From NCBI GenBank assembly GCA_943325205.2, contig CALPOM020000001.1, forward strand, positions 6,010 through 70,009: DNA of 64,000 nucleotides, in the 5' to 3' direction. Every line of letters begins with the position of its first letter. Position 1 is the stretch's first letter. The notes under the pieces were generated by a model. The model saw only the letters and a program-made list of their open reading frames with translations, was not told the origin of the DNA and made no database searches. This DNA is from Thermoflexus hugenholtzii JAD2. Lineage in GTDB: Bacteria; Pseudomonadota; Gammaproteobacteria; Burkholderiales; Burkholderiaceae. Shown here piece after piece: positions 8,787-19,526 of this stretch. The position numbers and the translations under genes were made by a program.

Positions 8787-9998
8787 CTAACTAGCCTTTG
8801 TTGTAAAAAAGCGTAGTGCATTTTTTCGGTGCTCTGCGCTTTTTTCATCATCTTCAAGTTCTTCATATATTTGTACGAATGATAGATGGGCTTGTAAAAG
8901 CATTTTTTGATCCGCTCTTGGCGAGTCCAAAACACGCTGTAAACTCGCAATCGCTTTACCCCATAACTGTTGCTCCACACTCAGTAAACCCAGCGCTAAA
9001 TGGAGCGCTGGCTGGGCAGGGTCTTGGAGTAACCACTGTTCTACGCGGTGTATTAATGCTAAAGCTAAAACGGTTGAATGGACTTTTTTATCAGCGCACC
9101 TAGAGTACAGCATCACTAGCGCAAAACTGGGCTCGTGCGGGATTACTTTTTCCAGAATCTGTTTGGCTTTTTGATGCTCTCCTACACGTATAAATCCCTC
9201 TGCAAATAACCGAACCCAATGGGGATCAACTTGTTCCTGCTCACCAAATTCTTGCCACTCTTGCAAGAGCCGATCCTTGGAAATATTTTTACTTTTGATC
9301 CATTGGGTTAGCCCCTCCTGAATTCTCGCTTGACCTACTAGTGCGGGTAAAAATTGCCGTTTAACTAAACTATTTGCAAGGCGCACAACCTCGGGCCAGT
9401 TTTCTAATCTGCGATGGGCTAATAAGGCAATGCGCTGCACAATAAATTGTCTAGCGCCGCCGCCTTGTAATTGCGCAATCGTGGCTAAAGCCGCGCGCGG
9501 ATTACGATCCTCTACTTGCATCTGCGCAAGCATCACTAACTTAGCCTGCTGGTGCGCAAAGCCAGTGATTTTTTCAAGCTCAGCGTCCCGCTGAGCCGTT
9601 TGATTGAGCTGATGATATGCCTGCGCCGCAATCATTCGACCATATTCTGCAGTTTCAGAAAACTGCGTAACAACATGCACTGACTTTATAGCTTTTAAAA
9701 AACGTCCAGCAAATAAATGGTCCACAGCAACTGCTAGTTCACGACTAGCTCTCATTGCCCGCTGTTGCGCACGATATTGTTCGGCCCGCATAGGCAGATT
9801 AAAGATACTACTCAAAAAACTAAAAAGAATAAAACAGCCCAAAAAGCCAACGAAGAGCAAAATAATAAATAAATTCATGCTCAAGTCAATTCGATATAAA
9901 TTCCAATACATCGTAATGTGACCCTGATTATTATCTAAAATCCAAGCAGCTAATACTGCTCCAACTGATAACAAAACTAACCAAATGACTAAACGCAT
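8787..9998 (-). CDS. hemY: HemY-like membrane/TPR protein (heme biosynthesis-associated)
   Basis: N-terminal TM, YRIDLSMNLF, second TM, helical repeats; follows hemC-hemD-hemX. Confidence 0.8.
   Translation of the reverse strand: MRLVIWLVLLSVGAVLAAWILDNNQGHITMYWNLYRIDLSMNLFIILLFVGFLGCFILFSFLSSIFNLPMRAEQYRAQQRAMRASRELAVAVDHLFAGRFLKAIKSVHVVTQFSETAEYGRMIAAQAYHQLNQTAQRDAELEKITGFAHQQAKLVMLAQMQVEDRNPRAALATIAQLQGGGARQFIVQRIALLAHRRLENWPEVVRLANSLVKRQFLPALVGQARIQEGLTQWIKSKNISKDRLLQEWQEFGEQEQVDPHWVRLFAEGFIRVGEHQKAKQILEKVIPHEPSFALVMLYSRCADKKVHSTVLALALIHRVEQWLLQDPAQPALHLALGLLSVEQQLWGKAIASLQRVLDSPRADQKMLLQAHLSFVQIYEELEDDEKSAEHRKNALRFFTTKAS
8805..8845. terminator. Intrinsic terminator-like hairpin, T-tract on both strands, inside hemY 3' end
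   Basis: AAAAAAGCGTAGTGCA-ttttttcgg-TGCTCTGCGCTTTTTT, 27 nt after the helicase stop. Confidence 0.6.
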
Positions 9999-10780
9999 TA
10001 TTTCTTCTCTTTTGGTAAATTCAAATCAGGCGAAAGCGCCTCAGGTAATTTATCTAAATTACTCTTGATCTCGTCAAGGCTACTAATAAATTCTTTTACA
10101 GATGGTTGTTGGACGGCAAAATGATTGACTACAACCCGACGAATTTCGACTAATTCGCGTTGGGTATCGCGGACCAAACCATTCAATAAAAGTTGCCGAG
10201 CAGCTAGTAGACGAATCTTCAACTCACTTCTTAAAATATGTTGCTCACCACCCGTTATCGCTAGTTGATCAATCGACGTATCCATTACTTGGATCATCAC
10301 CACCTGCTGAAAAAAATCTTTTAAAGGTTCCCAAACATGCTGGAGTATTTGCCCCCACCAGCGCATCTCCGCATTTCCACTAGCCTGAGCTTGAGCTTCC
10401 TTTGGGGTTGCGACAGGTTGTATGGGTAATTTTTTCGCTTGCGGCTCTAATGGATTAGCACTGAGTAAATGCACCTCTGATAACAAGCTGGTCAACTGCT
10501 GAAAGGCTTCTATACTCGCCTTGAACTCCACGGGTGAGTGCATCATGACATCGGCTTGATTTGGATCAATGGATCGCCCTAAAATTTGATTAAAACTACC
10601 GATCTGTCGATCGTTTTTTAAGGCTGTCACTTCTAATAATTGCACTTTTTTCGTCACCTCATATAGGTAAAAACCTAAATACGCGACTAAGCAACCCAAA
10701 ACAATGACTAGCACCATCATGAGAAACGAAATTTTTGAACTAGGTAAAATGCTGTTATGGGATTTTTTGACTTCACTCAT
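9998..10780 (-). CDS. hemX: HemX-like membrane-anchored coiled-coil protein (short)
   Basis: N-terminal TM, C-terminal 'LRSELKIRLLAARQLLL' resembles HemX; position between hemD and hemY. Confidence 0.6.
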   Translation of the reverse strand: MSEVKKSHNSILPSSKISFLMMVLVIVLGCLVAYLGFYLYEVTKKVQLLEVTALKNDRQIGSFNQILGRSIDPNQADVMMHSPVEFKASIEAFQQLTSLLSEVHLLSANPLEPQAKKLPIQPVATPKEAQAQASGNAEMRWWGQILQHVWEPLKDFFQQVVMIQVMDTSIDQLAITGGEQHILRSELKIRLLAARQLLLNGLVRDTQRELVEIRRVVVNHFAVQQPSVKEFISSLDEIKSNLDKLPEALSPDLNLPKEKK

Positions 10781-10850
10781 AGACTTGGACTTTATGACAG
10801 ATTCTAATTCGGTTTTTATTGGAGAGGTTGTGATTCATCAAGTCCAGCTA

Positions 10851-11690
10851 TCATAACGCTCGCTGGACTATTTTTGCGACATATTTTGCAATCGATTCAT
10901 CCCCAGGTGTGAGCTCCTCAATCCGAGAAAAACCAATAGCCCTGGCCGCTTGACCAATCCGGTAATGGGTCACTAAAGCTAGGGATGCATCTAGCCAGGT
11001 CTCTGATATCCCTAAACGGACAATACCCTCCCCTAAAAATTGGCAAGCTTGTGAGGAGCTTAAAATCCAAATAGGCGCCTGATCTAACTGGCAAAATTGC
11101 TCATCATACAAAAGTTGCATGGCACGCCATGATGGATCACTTTCTGGTAAGCCCTGCCTTTGATAGACTGAAAATTCATCGACTAGCGCCCCCGCCTCGG
11201 ATAACCGCTGTGCTAATAAAGCCCGACCACCATCGCCATGAATCATCACCACCTGTTGTCCTTGCCAACTTTCATTGAAAGCCTGCAGGGTCTCCCACAA
11301 ACCCTCAGAATCCCATCTATCAGGATTGGCAGGCTTAATCAGGGTTTTGGGTACCAAGCGTGAACCATAGATTGTTTGCTCACTGCCGCCGCCAATCACC
11401 GCCACATTGAGCCCAATTGGCCAAGCATAGCCAAACTGAGCTAATAGTTGATCACATGTCAAAAAAGCGTTTGGACTAGCAAAGGTCAATAAATCTGCGT
11501 GCCTGAGCGATCGTTCTATTGCTTGCGCTAGTTCTACCGAACGATAAGGCACAATCTCGAGTAACGGCAGACCTAAAACTGGCAAAGTCAGACCTAATTT
11601 CAGCTGGCTCAACTCTTGCCCTATCGCCTCCCTAAGAGCTTCTAATTGCGCTCGTGGGCGTGTGACAATGATCGCGGAATATTCTCTCAC
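10851..11690 (-). CDS. hemD: Uroporphyrinogen-III synthase
   Basis: IIVTRP, LPLLEI, FASPNA, DSEGL, GDGGRALL, SSSQA; follows hemC. Confidence 0.85.
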   Translation of the reverse strand: MREYSAIIVTRPRAQLEALREAIGQELSQLKLGLTLPVLGLPLLEIVPYRSVELAQAIERSLRHADLLTFASPNAFLTCDQLLAQFGYAWPIGLNVAVIGGGSEQTIYGSRLVPKTLIKPANPDRWDSEGLWETLQAFNESWQGQQVVMIHGDGGRALLAQRLSEAGALVDEFSVYQRQGLPESDPSWRAMQLLYDEQFCQLDQAPIWILSSSQACQFLGEGIVRLGISETWLDASLALVTHYRIGQAARAIGFSRIEELTPGDESIAKYVAKIVQRAL

Positions 11691-12646
11691 TAAGGCTGTC
11701 CAAGAGACTGAATGAGCTCCTTAGCACCCTTGGCAATCAAATCATCGGCAATGAGATCTCCCAAAAAAACTGCCTGAGCAGAACTAGTGACCGTCTTTGT
11801 CAAGCTAGACTCAATCATTTCACTACCATCAATGCTAGCAACCAACGCTTTTAAATACAATTCTTGGTTATTGTGCCAGCGCCCATAGGCGGCAATCGGA
11901 ATCTCACAAGACCCCCCCAGCCTTCTGGAAACTTGCCGCTCAGCGCTAACTTGCCAGGTCGCTAGGTCATCAACTAATGGGCGCAACCACGCAGCTATTT
12001 GCACTTGATCGGACCGGATTTCGATTCCTAATGCCCCCTGCCCAGCGGCAGGCAAAGATTCTTCCGGAGTAATCAGGGATTTAATCCGAGCAGTGAGGTC
12101 TAACCTCGTTAAACCAGCGGCTGCCAAAATCATCGCATCAAACTCGCCGCGGTCTAACTTGGCTAAACGTGTGTCTAAATTACCACGTAATGGCGAAATA
12201 ATTAAATGTGGGTAGGCTTTTCGTATCTGCGACTCACGCCTTAAGCTCGAAGTACCTACGACAGCCCCAGAGGGCATCTGGGCAAGAGAATCGTAGCGGT
12301 TGGATATGAATGCATCCCGAGGGTCTGCACGCTCCAAAATAGCCGCCAAACTAAATCCCTCCGGCATATCCATGGGCACGTCTTTTAAAGAATGTACAGC
12401 TAAATCAGCATGCCCATCTTGCAAAGCTGTCTCTAACTCTTTGATAAATAAGCCTTTACCACCTATTTTAGACAAACTTCTGTCTAAAATTTGATCACCC
12501 CGTGTGGTCATCCCCAAAATACGAATCTCACATTGCGGATAAAGGGTTTTTAAAAGGGCTTGAACGTGTTTTGCCTGCCACATGGCTAAGCGACTTTCAC
12601 GAGAAGCGATGACTAACCGCTCCGGGGGCAATATACTAGTAATCAT
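11690..12646 (-). CDS. hemC: Hydroxymethylbilane synthase
   Basis: [56 protein letters not shown]; ATG 12646 has GGAAG 5 nt upstream. Confidence 0.95.
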   Translation of the reverse strand: MITSILPPERLVIASRESRLAMWQAKHVQALLKTLYPQCEIRILGMTTRGDQILDRSLSKIGGKGLFIKELETALQDGHADLAVHSLKDVPMDMPEGFSLAAILERADPRDAFISNRYDSLAQMPSGAVVGTSSLRRESQIRKAYPHLIISPLRGNLDTRLAKLDRGEFDAMILAAAGLTRLDLTARIKSLITPEESLPAAGQGALGIEIRSDQVQIAAWLRPLVDDLATWQVSAERQVSRRLGGSCEIPIAAYGRWHNNQELYLKALVASIDGSEMIESSLTKTVTSSAQAVFLGDLIADDLIAKGAKELIQSLGQP

Positions 12647-14066
12647 GTCATCTTCCAAACATTCACTCGATAATAAAACACAGGCCTGGTCAGCGCGCTT
12701 CTCCGAACCAGTTTCTGAACTCGTCCAACGTTATACAGCCTCGATTAACTTTGATTATCGCCTAGCAGAGGTGGATATCCAAAGTTCACTAGTTCATGCT
12801 CAAATGCTATCCGAACAGGGCATTATTAGCCCGACGGACTTTGCACAAATTAACTCTGGCCTACAACAAATATTACAAGAAATACAACAGGGACATTTTA
12901 CTTGGCAATTAAATTTAGAAGACGTTCATTTAAATATTGAAGCGCGCTTGACAAGTCTGATTGGCGATGCGGGTAAAAGATTGCATACGGCTAGGTCCCG
13001 CAATGATCAAGTAGCGACGGACATTCGTTTGTGGCTAAGAAATGCCATTGACGAAATCCTCAGCCAACTGACCTCCCTCAGACGAAGTTTTTGTGACCTG
13101 GCAGAAAAGCATGCCCATACCATCATGCCTGGCTTTACCCATTTACAGGTGGCGCAACCGATTACGGTTGGACATCACTTGATGGCCTATGTTGAAATGC
13201 TGCACCGGGATGCAACTCGCTTCCAAGATTGTCGAGTGCGACTAAACCAGTTACCACTTGGTTCTGCGGCCCTAGCGGGTACCAGTTATCCAATTAATCG
13301 GGAACGTGTTGCGCAATTGTTGGGTTTTGACGGGGTTTGTCAAAACTCTCTCGATGCAGTCTCAGACAGAGATTTTGCAATCGAATTTTGTGCCGCCAGT
13401 GCAATTGTGATGACCCATATATCTCGATTTTCTGAGGAACTGATCTTATGGATGAGCCCACAATTTGGTTTTGTTAATTTGCCAGATCGATTTTGTACCG
13501 GTAGTTCAATCATGCCGCAAAATAAAAACCCCGATGTGCCGGAACTGGCAAGAGGTAAAACTGGGCGAGTAAATGGTAATCTGATCAGCTTACTCACTCT
13601 CATGAAAGGCCAAGTTCTAGCCTACAACAAAGACAACCAAGAGGATAAAGAACCATTATTTGATTCGGCTAGCACTGTCATTGATACACTTCGTATCTTT
13701 GCCGACCTAGTTGTCCATCTCGAGTTTAAAGAAGCAAACCTTTTGGCAGCAGTCAAACAAGGTTTTGCCACGGCAACAGATCTAGCTGATTATTTAGTCA
13801 AAAAAGGTATGCCTTTTAGGGATGCGCATGAGGCTGTTGCAAATGCTGTAAAAGTCTGCGCCTCCAAGGGGGTCGACTTAGCAGAATTAAACTTAACTGA
13901 ATTGCGCCTCGCCTGTGCACTGAGTAATCCCGACATGATTGGGAGTGACGTTACCGCAGTACTCACACTGCAAGGCTCCGTCAACTCGAGAAATCACGTT
14001 GGTGGGACTGCGCCCGAACGGGTTTTAGCCGCTATTGCACAAGCAAGAAGTCTTTTAAAGGACTAG
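12645..14066 (+). CDS. argH: Argininosuccinate lyase (signature Lys replaced by Asn)
   Basis: [63 protein letters not shown]. Confidence 0.92.
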   Translation: MSSSKHSLDNKTQAWSARFSEPVSELVQRYTASINFDYRLAEVDIQSSLVHAQMLSEQGIISPTDFAQINSGLQQILQEIQQGHFTWQLNLEDVHLNIEARLTSLIGDAGKRLHTARSRNDQVATDIRLWLRNAIDEILSQLTSLRRSFCDLAEKHAHTIMPGFTHLQVAQPITVGHHLMAYVEMLHRDATRFQDCRVRLNQLPLGSAALAGTSYPINRERVAQLLGFDGVCQNSLDAVSDRDFAIEFCAASAIVMTHISRFSEELILWMSPQFGFVNLPDRFCTGSSIMPQNKNPDVPELARGKTGRVNGNLISLLTLMKGQVLAYNKDNQEDKEPLFDSASTVIDTLRIFADLVVHLEFKEANLLAAVKQGFATATDLADYLVKKGMPFRDAHEAVANAVKVCASKGVDLAELNLTELRLACALSNPDMIGSDVTAVLTLQGSVNSRNHVGGTAPERVLAAIAQARSLLKD

Positions 14067-14068
14067 CC

Positions 14069-16333
14069 TCAAACTCCACCCTCGTCTTCACCCCGCACGC
14101 AATCGACGAAGTAAGTTTTACGACCATCTTGCTCTGCTTTAACTAGGCCGTGAATATCTGTCTCAAAACCAGCAAACTTTTCATTAAAGTCGCGCGCAAA
14201 TTGGAGATAGTCCACAATTCGTTGATTAAATCGCTCGCCTGGGATCAGTAAAGGAATACCTGGTGGATAAGGCGTAACTAACATCGCTGTAATCCGGCCC
14301 TCTAAATCATCAATCGAAACGCGCTCAATATCTCTGTGTGCCATTTTGGCAAAAGCCTCTGAGGGTGGCATAGCAGGAATCATGTCAGATAAATACATCT
14401 CTGTAGTCATACGAGCCACATCGTGCTCACGATAAAACGCGTGAATTTTATTAGCGATGTCTTTTAAACCAATCCGCTCATACTGCGGATACTTCGCCGC
14501 GAACTCAGGTAATACTCTCCACAAAGGCATATTCTTGTCATAATGATCCTTGAACTGCTGCAACTCTGCAACGAGCGTATTCCAGCGACCTTTGGTAATA
14601 CCAATCGTAAACATAATGAAAAAAGAATAAAGCCCAGTCTTCTCGACAATCACACCATGCTCGGCTAGATACTTGGTAACAATACTCGCAGGAATACCCT
14701 CTTCACCAAAATTTCCAGCAATATCAATCCCAGGTGTGACGATCGTAGCCTTAATTGGATCCAACATATTAAAACCATCGGCTAGTTTTCCAAAATTATG
14801 CCAACTATCCTCAGACCTGAGCATCCAATCAGACTGCTCCAAGCCCTCATCTGCAAACGAATCAGGACCCCAAACTTTAAACCACCATTCTTCCCCATAC
14901 TCCTCGTCAACCTTAAGCATTGCTCTTCTAAAATCCAGCGCCTCAGCAATCGATTCTTCAACTAGGGCAGTGCCACCTGGCGGCTCCATCATCGCCGCCG
15001 CAACGTCGCAAGAGGCAATAATGGCATACTGCGGGCTCGTCGAGGTATGCATTAAATACGACTCGTTAAAACAGGTTGGGTCTAATTTTCGTTCCTCGGA
15101 GTCCTGAACTAAAATCTGCGATGCTTGCGAGAGTCCAGCTAATAATTTATGCGTAGACTGCGTAGAAAAAACTAAACTCTTTTTCGGTCTAGCGCGGTCT
15201 TTACCGACGGCGTGCATATTTTTGTAGAAATCATGAAAAGTCGCATGCGGTAACCAAGCTTCATCAAAATGCAATGAATCTACCCGACCATCTAACATCG
15301 ATTTAATCATCTCAACGTTATATACAATCCCGTCATAGGTACTTTGGGTAATAGTAAGTACTCTTGGTAACGCTTTTTTATCTTTGATAAATGGATTGTT
15401 GTCAATCTTCTTCTGAATGTTGCTCCACTCAAACTCCTCCTTAGGAATTGGGCCAATGATGCCAAAATTGTTTCGCGTTGGCATCAAAAACACAGGTATT
15501 GCGCCCATCATCATGATTGAATGTAAAACAGACTTATGGCTATTCCGATCAACAATCACAATATCGCCTGCAGCAACAGTCGAGTGCCATACAATTTTGT
15601 TCGATGTGGAGGTGCCATTTGTCACAAAATACAAATGGTCTACACCAAAAATACGCGCTGCGTTGCGTTCACTAGCCGCCACAGGTCCCGTATGATCTAG
15701 GAGTTGCCCAAGCTCCTCAACCGCGTTACAGACGTCAGCACGCAACATGTTCTCACCAAAAAATTGATGAAATATTTGGCCAACTGGACTTTTTAAGAAG
15801 GCAACTCCGCCAGAGTGCCCAGGGCAATGCCAAGAATACGAACCTTCCGACGCGTAGTGGATTAATGACTTAAAAAATGGTGGCGCTAAGGAGTCTAAAT
15901 AAACTTTCGCCTCCCGAATAATATGTCTAGCAACAAATTCTGGAGTGTCTTCATTCATGTGAATAAAGCCATGCAACTCACGCAAAATATCATTGGGAAT
16001 ATTGCGCGATGTCTTGGTTTCGCCGTATAAAAATATCGGTATGTCTTCATTCCGCTTTCGCACAGCGCGTACAAAATTACGAAGGCTTTCAATAACGACC
16101 TCAATCCCACCGTGATCAGATTCTAAAAACTCCTCATCATCTATCGATAAAATAAAACACGATGCACGAGCGGCTTGTTGGGCAAAAGAAGTCAAATCGC
16201 CATAGCTTGTTAACCCAAGAACTTCCATACCCTCAGACTCAATTGCTTCAGCCAAGTCACGAATTCCAGAACCGGAAATATTTTCCGAACGAAAATCTTC
16301 ATCAATCACAACAATTGGAAATTTTAATTTCAT
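14069..16333 (-). CDS. Orn/Lys/Arg decarboxylase (PLP fold I, receiver-like N-domain)
   Basis: WHCPGHSGG, FVTNGTS, DRNSHKS, HFDEAW, STHKLL (PLP Lys), PYPPGIP. Substrate not determinable. Confidence 0.9.
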   Translation of the reverse strand: MKLKFPIVVIDEDFRSENISGSGIRDLAEAIESEGMEVLGLTSYGDLTSFAQQAARASCFILSIDDEEFLESDHGGIEVVIESLRNFVRAVRKRNEDIPIFLYGETKTSRNIPNDILRELHGFIHMNEDTPEFVARHIIREAKVYLDSLAPPFFKSLIHYASEGSYSWHCPGHSGGVAFLKSPVGQIFHQFFGENMLRADVCNAVEELGQLLDHTGPVAASERNAARIFGVDHLYFVTNGTSTSNKIVWHSTVAAGDIVIVDRNSHKSVLHSIMMMGAIPVFLMPTRNNFGIIGPIPKEEFEWSNIQKKIDNNPFIKDKKALPRVLTITQSTYDGIVYNVEMIKSMLDGRVDSLHFDEAWLPHATFHDFYKNMHAVGKDRARPKKSLVFSTQSTHKLLAGLSQASQILVQDSEERKLDPTCFNESYLMHTSTSPQYAIIASCDVAAAMMEPPGGTALVEESIAEALDFRRAMLKVDEEYGEEWWFKVWGPDSFADEGLEQSDWMLRSEDSWHNFGKLADGFNMLDPIKATIVTPGIDIAGNFGEEGIPASIVTKYLAEHGVIVEKTGLYSFFIMFTIGITKGRWNTLVAELQQFKDHYDKNMPLWRVLPEFAAKYPQYERIGLKDIANKIHAFYREHDVARMTTEMYLSDMIPAMPPSEAFAKMAHRDIERVSIDDLEGRITAMLVTPYPPGIPLLIPGERFNQRIVDYLQFARDFNEKFAGFETDIHGLVKAEQDGRKTYFVDCVRGEDEGGV

Positions 16334-16489
16334 GACTACCCTTTGGTTAATTGATCGACATTGTCAAAATAAATAGAAGTTACCTTCAAGTTTCTATTAT
16401 TCAATAGCCTATTATTTAAATTTCGCTGCAAACCTACCAATGCAGGACATACTCATTCTAACTACCGGAAATGACAAACCGAGTTGATT

Positions 16490-17059
16490 TTAAGCTTTTG
16501 GTAGAGTTACCCCAACTTGCCCCTGGTATTTTCCCCCACGATCCTTGTAGGACGTCTGGCAAACCTCATCGCTCTCAAAAAATAACACTTGAGCGCACCC
16601 CTCCCCGGCATAGATCTTCGCCGGTAGCGGGGTCGTATTAGAGAACTCAAGCGTCACATAACCTTCCCACTCCGGCTCAAATGGCGTCACATTGACAATA
16701 ATCCCACAACGCGCATACGTACTTTTTCCAACACAGATCGTCAAAACATTACGAGGTATTCGAAAATATTCAATGGTTCTTGCTAATGCAAAAGAATTCG
16801 GCGGAATAATACAAACATCTCCATGAAAATCAACAAAGGATTTTTCATCAAAGTTCTTTGGATCAACAATCGTGCTATTAATATTCGTAAAAATTTTAAA
16901 TTCCGGGGCGCAACGAATATCGTAGCCATAACTCGAAGTGCCATAGCTTACAATTTTTTGGCCCATGCCATCTTGGCGAATTTGTCCAGGCTCAAATGGC
17001 TCAATCATGCCAGTATCTTGCGCCATACGTCGGATCCAACGGTCAGATTTTATTGTCAT
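16490..17059 (-). CDS. dcd: dCTP deaminase
   Basis: [42 protein letters not shown]. Confidence 0.95.
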   Translation of the reverse strand: MTIKSDRWIRRMAQDTGMIEPFEPGQIRQDGMGQKIVSYGTSSYGYDIRCAPEFKIFTNINSTIVDPKNFDEKSFVDFHGDVCIIPPNSFALARTIEYFRIPRNVLTICVGKSTYARCGIIVNVTPFEPEWEGYVTLEFSNTTPLPAKIYAGEGCAQVLFFESDEVCQTSYKDRGGKYQGQVGVTLPKA

Positions 17060-17092
17060 ACACGTATTGTAAACAGTCTGCGAGACCTCTTA

Positions 17093-17950
17093 TTAAAGAA
17101 CGTCTGAAGAACTTGTTGCTAAACAATCAAAAATGATTCTCTGCGCGCCTTGATAAACCAAAAAATGCCGCCCAGAGCACCTTGCTAAGATACATAAATT
17201 AATTTGTTGGGCTAAAGATAAACCCATTTCAGTCGCACCAGAGCGCGTCATTAAAAAGGGAATCCCCATTTGCCCACCCTTAATGACCATTTCGGAAGTC
17301 AGTCTTCCTGTCGTGTAAAAGACCAGCGATTCGCCACTTTGCCGATCAAGCCACATCAAACCAGATATGGCATCCACCGCGTTGTGCCGACCAACGTCTT
17401 CTATAAAATAAAGTAATTCAATACCAGTAGGGCCATTTTTAAAAACGGCACAAGCGTGCACTGAACCGGCTCGTTTATAAATTGAAGGATGATGACGGAT
17501 TTTCTCAACCACCTCATAAATAGCTGTTTGAGATAGTCGTGCCTCTGGATTTAAAGAAATATCAGCAACAGAGGACATAAATTCACCAAAAACTGTTCCC
17601 TGACCACAACCAGTAGTCACTGTTTTTTTTCGCGTAATTTGGTCAATATTCGGGGCCTGTCGCCAAGTTTTAACAGCCACCGATTCGGTTTCCCAATCAA
17701 CCTGAACACTCTCAATATCCTCGATATTTTGCACTAATCCTTGATGTCGCAAATAGCCTAAAACCAAGGCTTCAGGTGCACCCCCGAGTGTCATTAATGT
17801 GACCAATTCTTTTTTATCTAAATAAATAGTAAGCGGTCGCTCTCCTGGTATTTCAATTGATTGGGTCCTACCCTGCTCATCGATAACCTCAATGGCATGC
17901 GTGACCGGTAAAGCGTTATTGGTAAGTTGGGGGTAATAAATAGAGGTCAT
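17093..17950 (-). CDS. fdhD: Formate dehydrogenase accessory sulfurtransferase
   Basis: GERPLTIY, TTGCGQG, GSVHACA, EDVGRHNAVD, TGRLTSEMV. Confidence 0.9.
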   Translation of the reverse strand: MTSIYYPQLTNNALPVTHAIEVIDEQGRTQSIEIPGERPLTIYLDKKELVTLMTLGGAPEALVLGYLRHQGLVQNIEDIESVQVDWETESVAVKTWRQAPNIDQITRKKTVTTGCGQGTVFGEFMSSVADISLNPEARLSQTAIYEVVEKIRHHPSIYKRAGSVHACAVFKNGPTGIELLYFIEDVGRHNAVDAISGLMWLDRQSGESLVFYTTGRLTSEMVIKGGQMGIPFLMTRSGATEMGLSLAQQINLCILARCSGRHFLVYQGAQRIIFDCLATSSSDVL

Positions 17951-18006
17951 TTGAAAGAATAACGCGCCCAACTAGGGCGCGTAAATCAGATCTAAAAAAA
18001 AGGTAG

Positions 18007-18393
18007 TTATTTTTTAGCCGGCGCCGCTGCACTTGTTGCAGCAGGAGGAGTTGGCGTTGCTGCTTGTGGAGTTGCTGGCGCTGGAGTCGCAGCTGGTGCA
18101 GTAGGCGGGGCAACCGCAACTACCAAGGGTGGCTCAAACTTACCAGGATCTTTACAAGCCGGAACTTCAACAGGTTTTTCGCCGGCCTTTGGCCGAGTCG
18201 CATAAGTCCGAGCAACTTTATCCTGCGCCATGCAAAGCTGATAATCAGCAACTTTATTGCCATGCGCAGTCTTTGCCGCCGCTAAAGTAGCAGCTTCCTT
18301 CGCCTCAGGAGTCGGGGCTGGCAACTTGGCATTGGCAGAGCAAATGATTAAGCTTAGACAAAAAACTGTCATTACCTGGTTGATTCTTTTCAT
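18007..18393 (-). CDS. Exported FDH-cluster protein with Pro/Ala-rich tail
   Basis: Signal peptide, two Cys, low-complexity PATP tail; 4-nt overlap with FDH gamma gene. Confidence 0.7.
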   Translation of the reverse strand: MKRINQVMTVFCLSLIICSANAKLPAPTPEAKEAATLAAAKTAHGNKVADYQLCMAQDKVARTYATRPKAGEKPVEVPACKDPGKFEPPLVVAVAPPTAPAATPAPATPQAATPTPPAATSAAAPAKK

Positions 18394-19505
18394 GTTGTAC
18401 TCCTTAGAATTTTTTTTGCAATATTACTGCTCGTCGAGTTCTCTGGCTCACGTGATGCTGGGATCTTTCCAGTTTCAATATCAGCTAACCAGTCTGAATG
18501 GTGCTGTCGTGCCCATGATTCATCTACGTAACCGGTCTTCATACCATCAATAGCGCCTTCAGTACCAATCGTGCCAATATAAATATGTCCTAGAGCAACT
18601 GCCATGATGAGAACTGCAGAAACACCGTGGATGATATTTGCTAATTGCATCGTATCGCGCCAGTAAGACACTCCCGGCACAATCATGTCCAAAACCCATC
18701 CCGAAGCAGAAACAATCAAGCCCAGAATCGTCATACCTAACCAGAACCACAGTTTTTCACCAAAATTAAACCTCCCGGCAGGGGCGTGTCCAAGAGCACC
18801 CCCTAAGGAACGAATCCATGCCCAGTCACCTTTACCCGGAAAATTATCCTTCACAACCAAAACAAAAAATACGACCACACTCACTGTAAATAAAGGACCT
18901 ACAAAATTATGCAGATTTTTCATGACGAACATGAGTGAGCCAAATAAGAATGAGCCAATAATTGGTAGTAATAAGAACTTACCAAACATGATTAACCCAC
19001 CAGAAATAGCCAAGGCAACGAAACTAAATGCCATCGTCCAGTGTGTTAGACGCTCAACCGAAGTAAAGCGCTCAATTCGCTTGCCTGTGCGAGGATGTTC
19101 TAACTTAATTTCACCTTTAAGATAGTAAAAAGCCAAAATTGCTACGGCAATCAGCACTATTAACCATCCACCAAAAACGGTAATCACACCATTACGAATG
19201 AGGCGCCATTCTTGCCCACCCTTTTGAATGAGAACTCCAGCTTCCTTATCGGGGATACTCACGTAATGGGCTTGATCACTATTCAGTGCACGCCAAAACG
19301 GCGAATTATTCGCCGGCTGAGTTTGTTCACGCTCGCGCTGCGCAGCAGCGTCCGAACCTTTGGGGATATCCATAATGTTTGCAGACTCTACTGCCGGGGG
19401 AGCCGCAGGTGAAGTGGCCTGAGCATGGGCTTGGGTAATGACCACAGCAAAAATCCATAAAAAACCCAAGGTCTGCAAGACTTTTTTGATTATATTCATC
19501 GTCAT
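18390..19505 (-). CDS. Formate dehydrogenase gamma subunit (cytochrome b)
   Basis: ERLTHW, HNFVG, GRFNFGEK, HGVSA, GHIYIGTIG heme-ligand His pattern. Confidence 0.9.
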   Translation of the reverse strand: MTMNIIKKVLQTLGFLWIFAVVITQAHAQATSPAAPPAVESANIMDIPKGSDAAAQREREQTQPANNSPFWRALNSDQAHYVSIPDKEAGVLIQKGGQEWRLIRNGVITVFGGWLIVLIAVAILAFYYLKGEIKLEHPRTGKRIERFTSVERLTHWTMAFSFVALAISGGLIMFGKFLLLPIIGSFLFGSLMFVMKNLHNFVGPLFTVSVVVFFVLVVKDNFPGKGDWAWIRSLGGALGHAPAGRFNFGEKLWFWLGMTILGLIVSASGWVLDMIVPGVSYWRDTMQLANIIHGVSAVLIMAVALGHIYIGTIGTEGAIDGMKTGYVDESWARQHHSDWLADIETGKIPASREPENSTSSNIAKKILRSTT

Positions 19506-19526
19506 ATCCTTATGGTGCTCCAGAGA

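Noticed and set aside
18010-18130. Quasi-repetitive GC-rich stretch
   Set aside because: Encodes a Pro/Ala/Thr tail; not a nucleotide repeat array.
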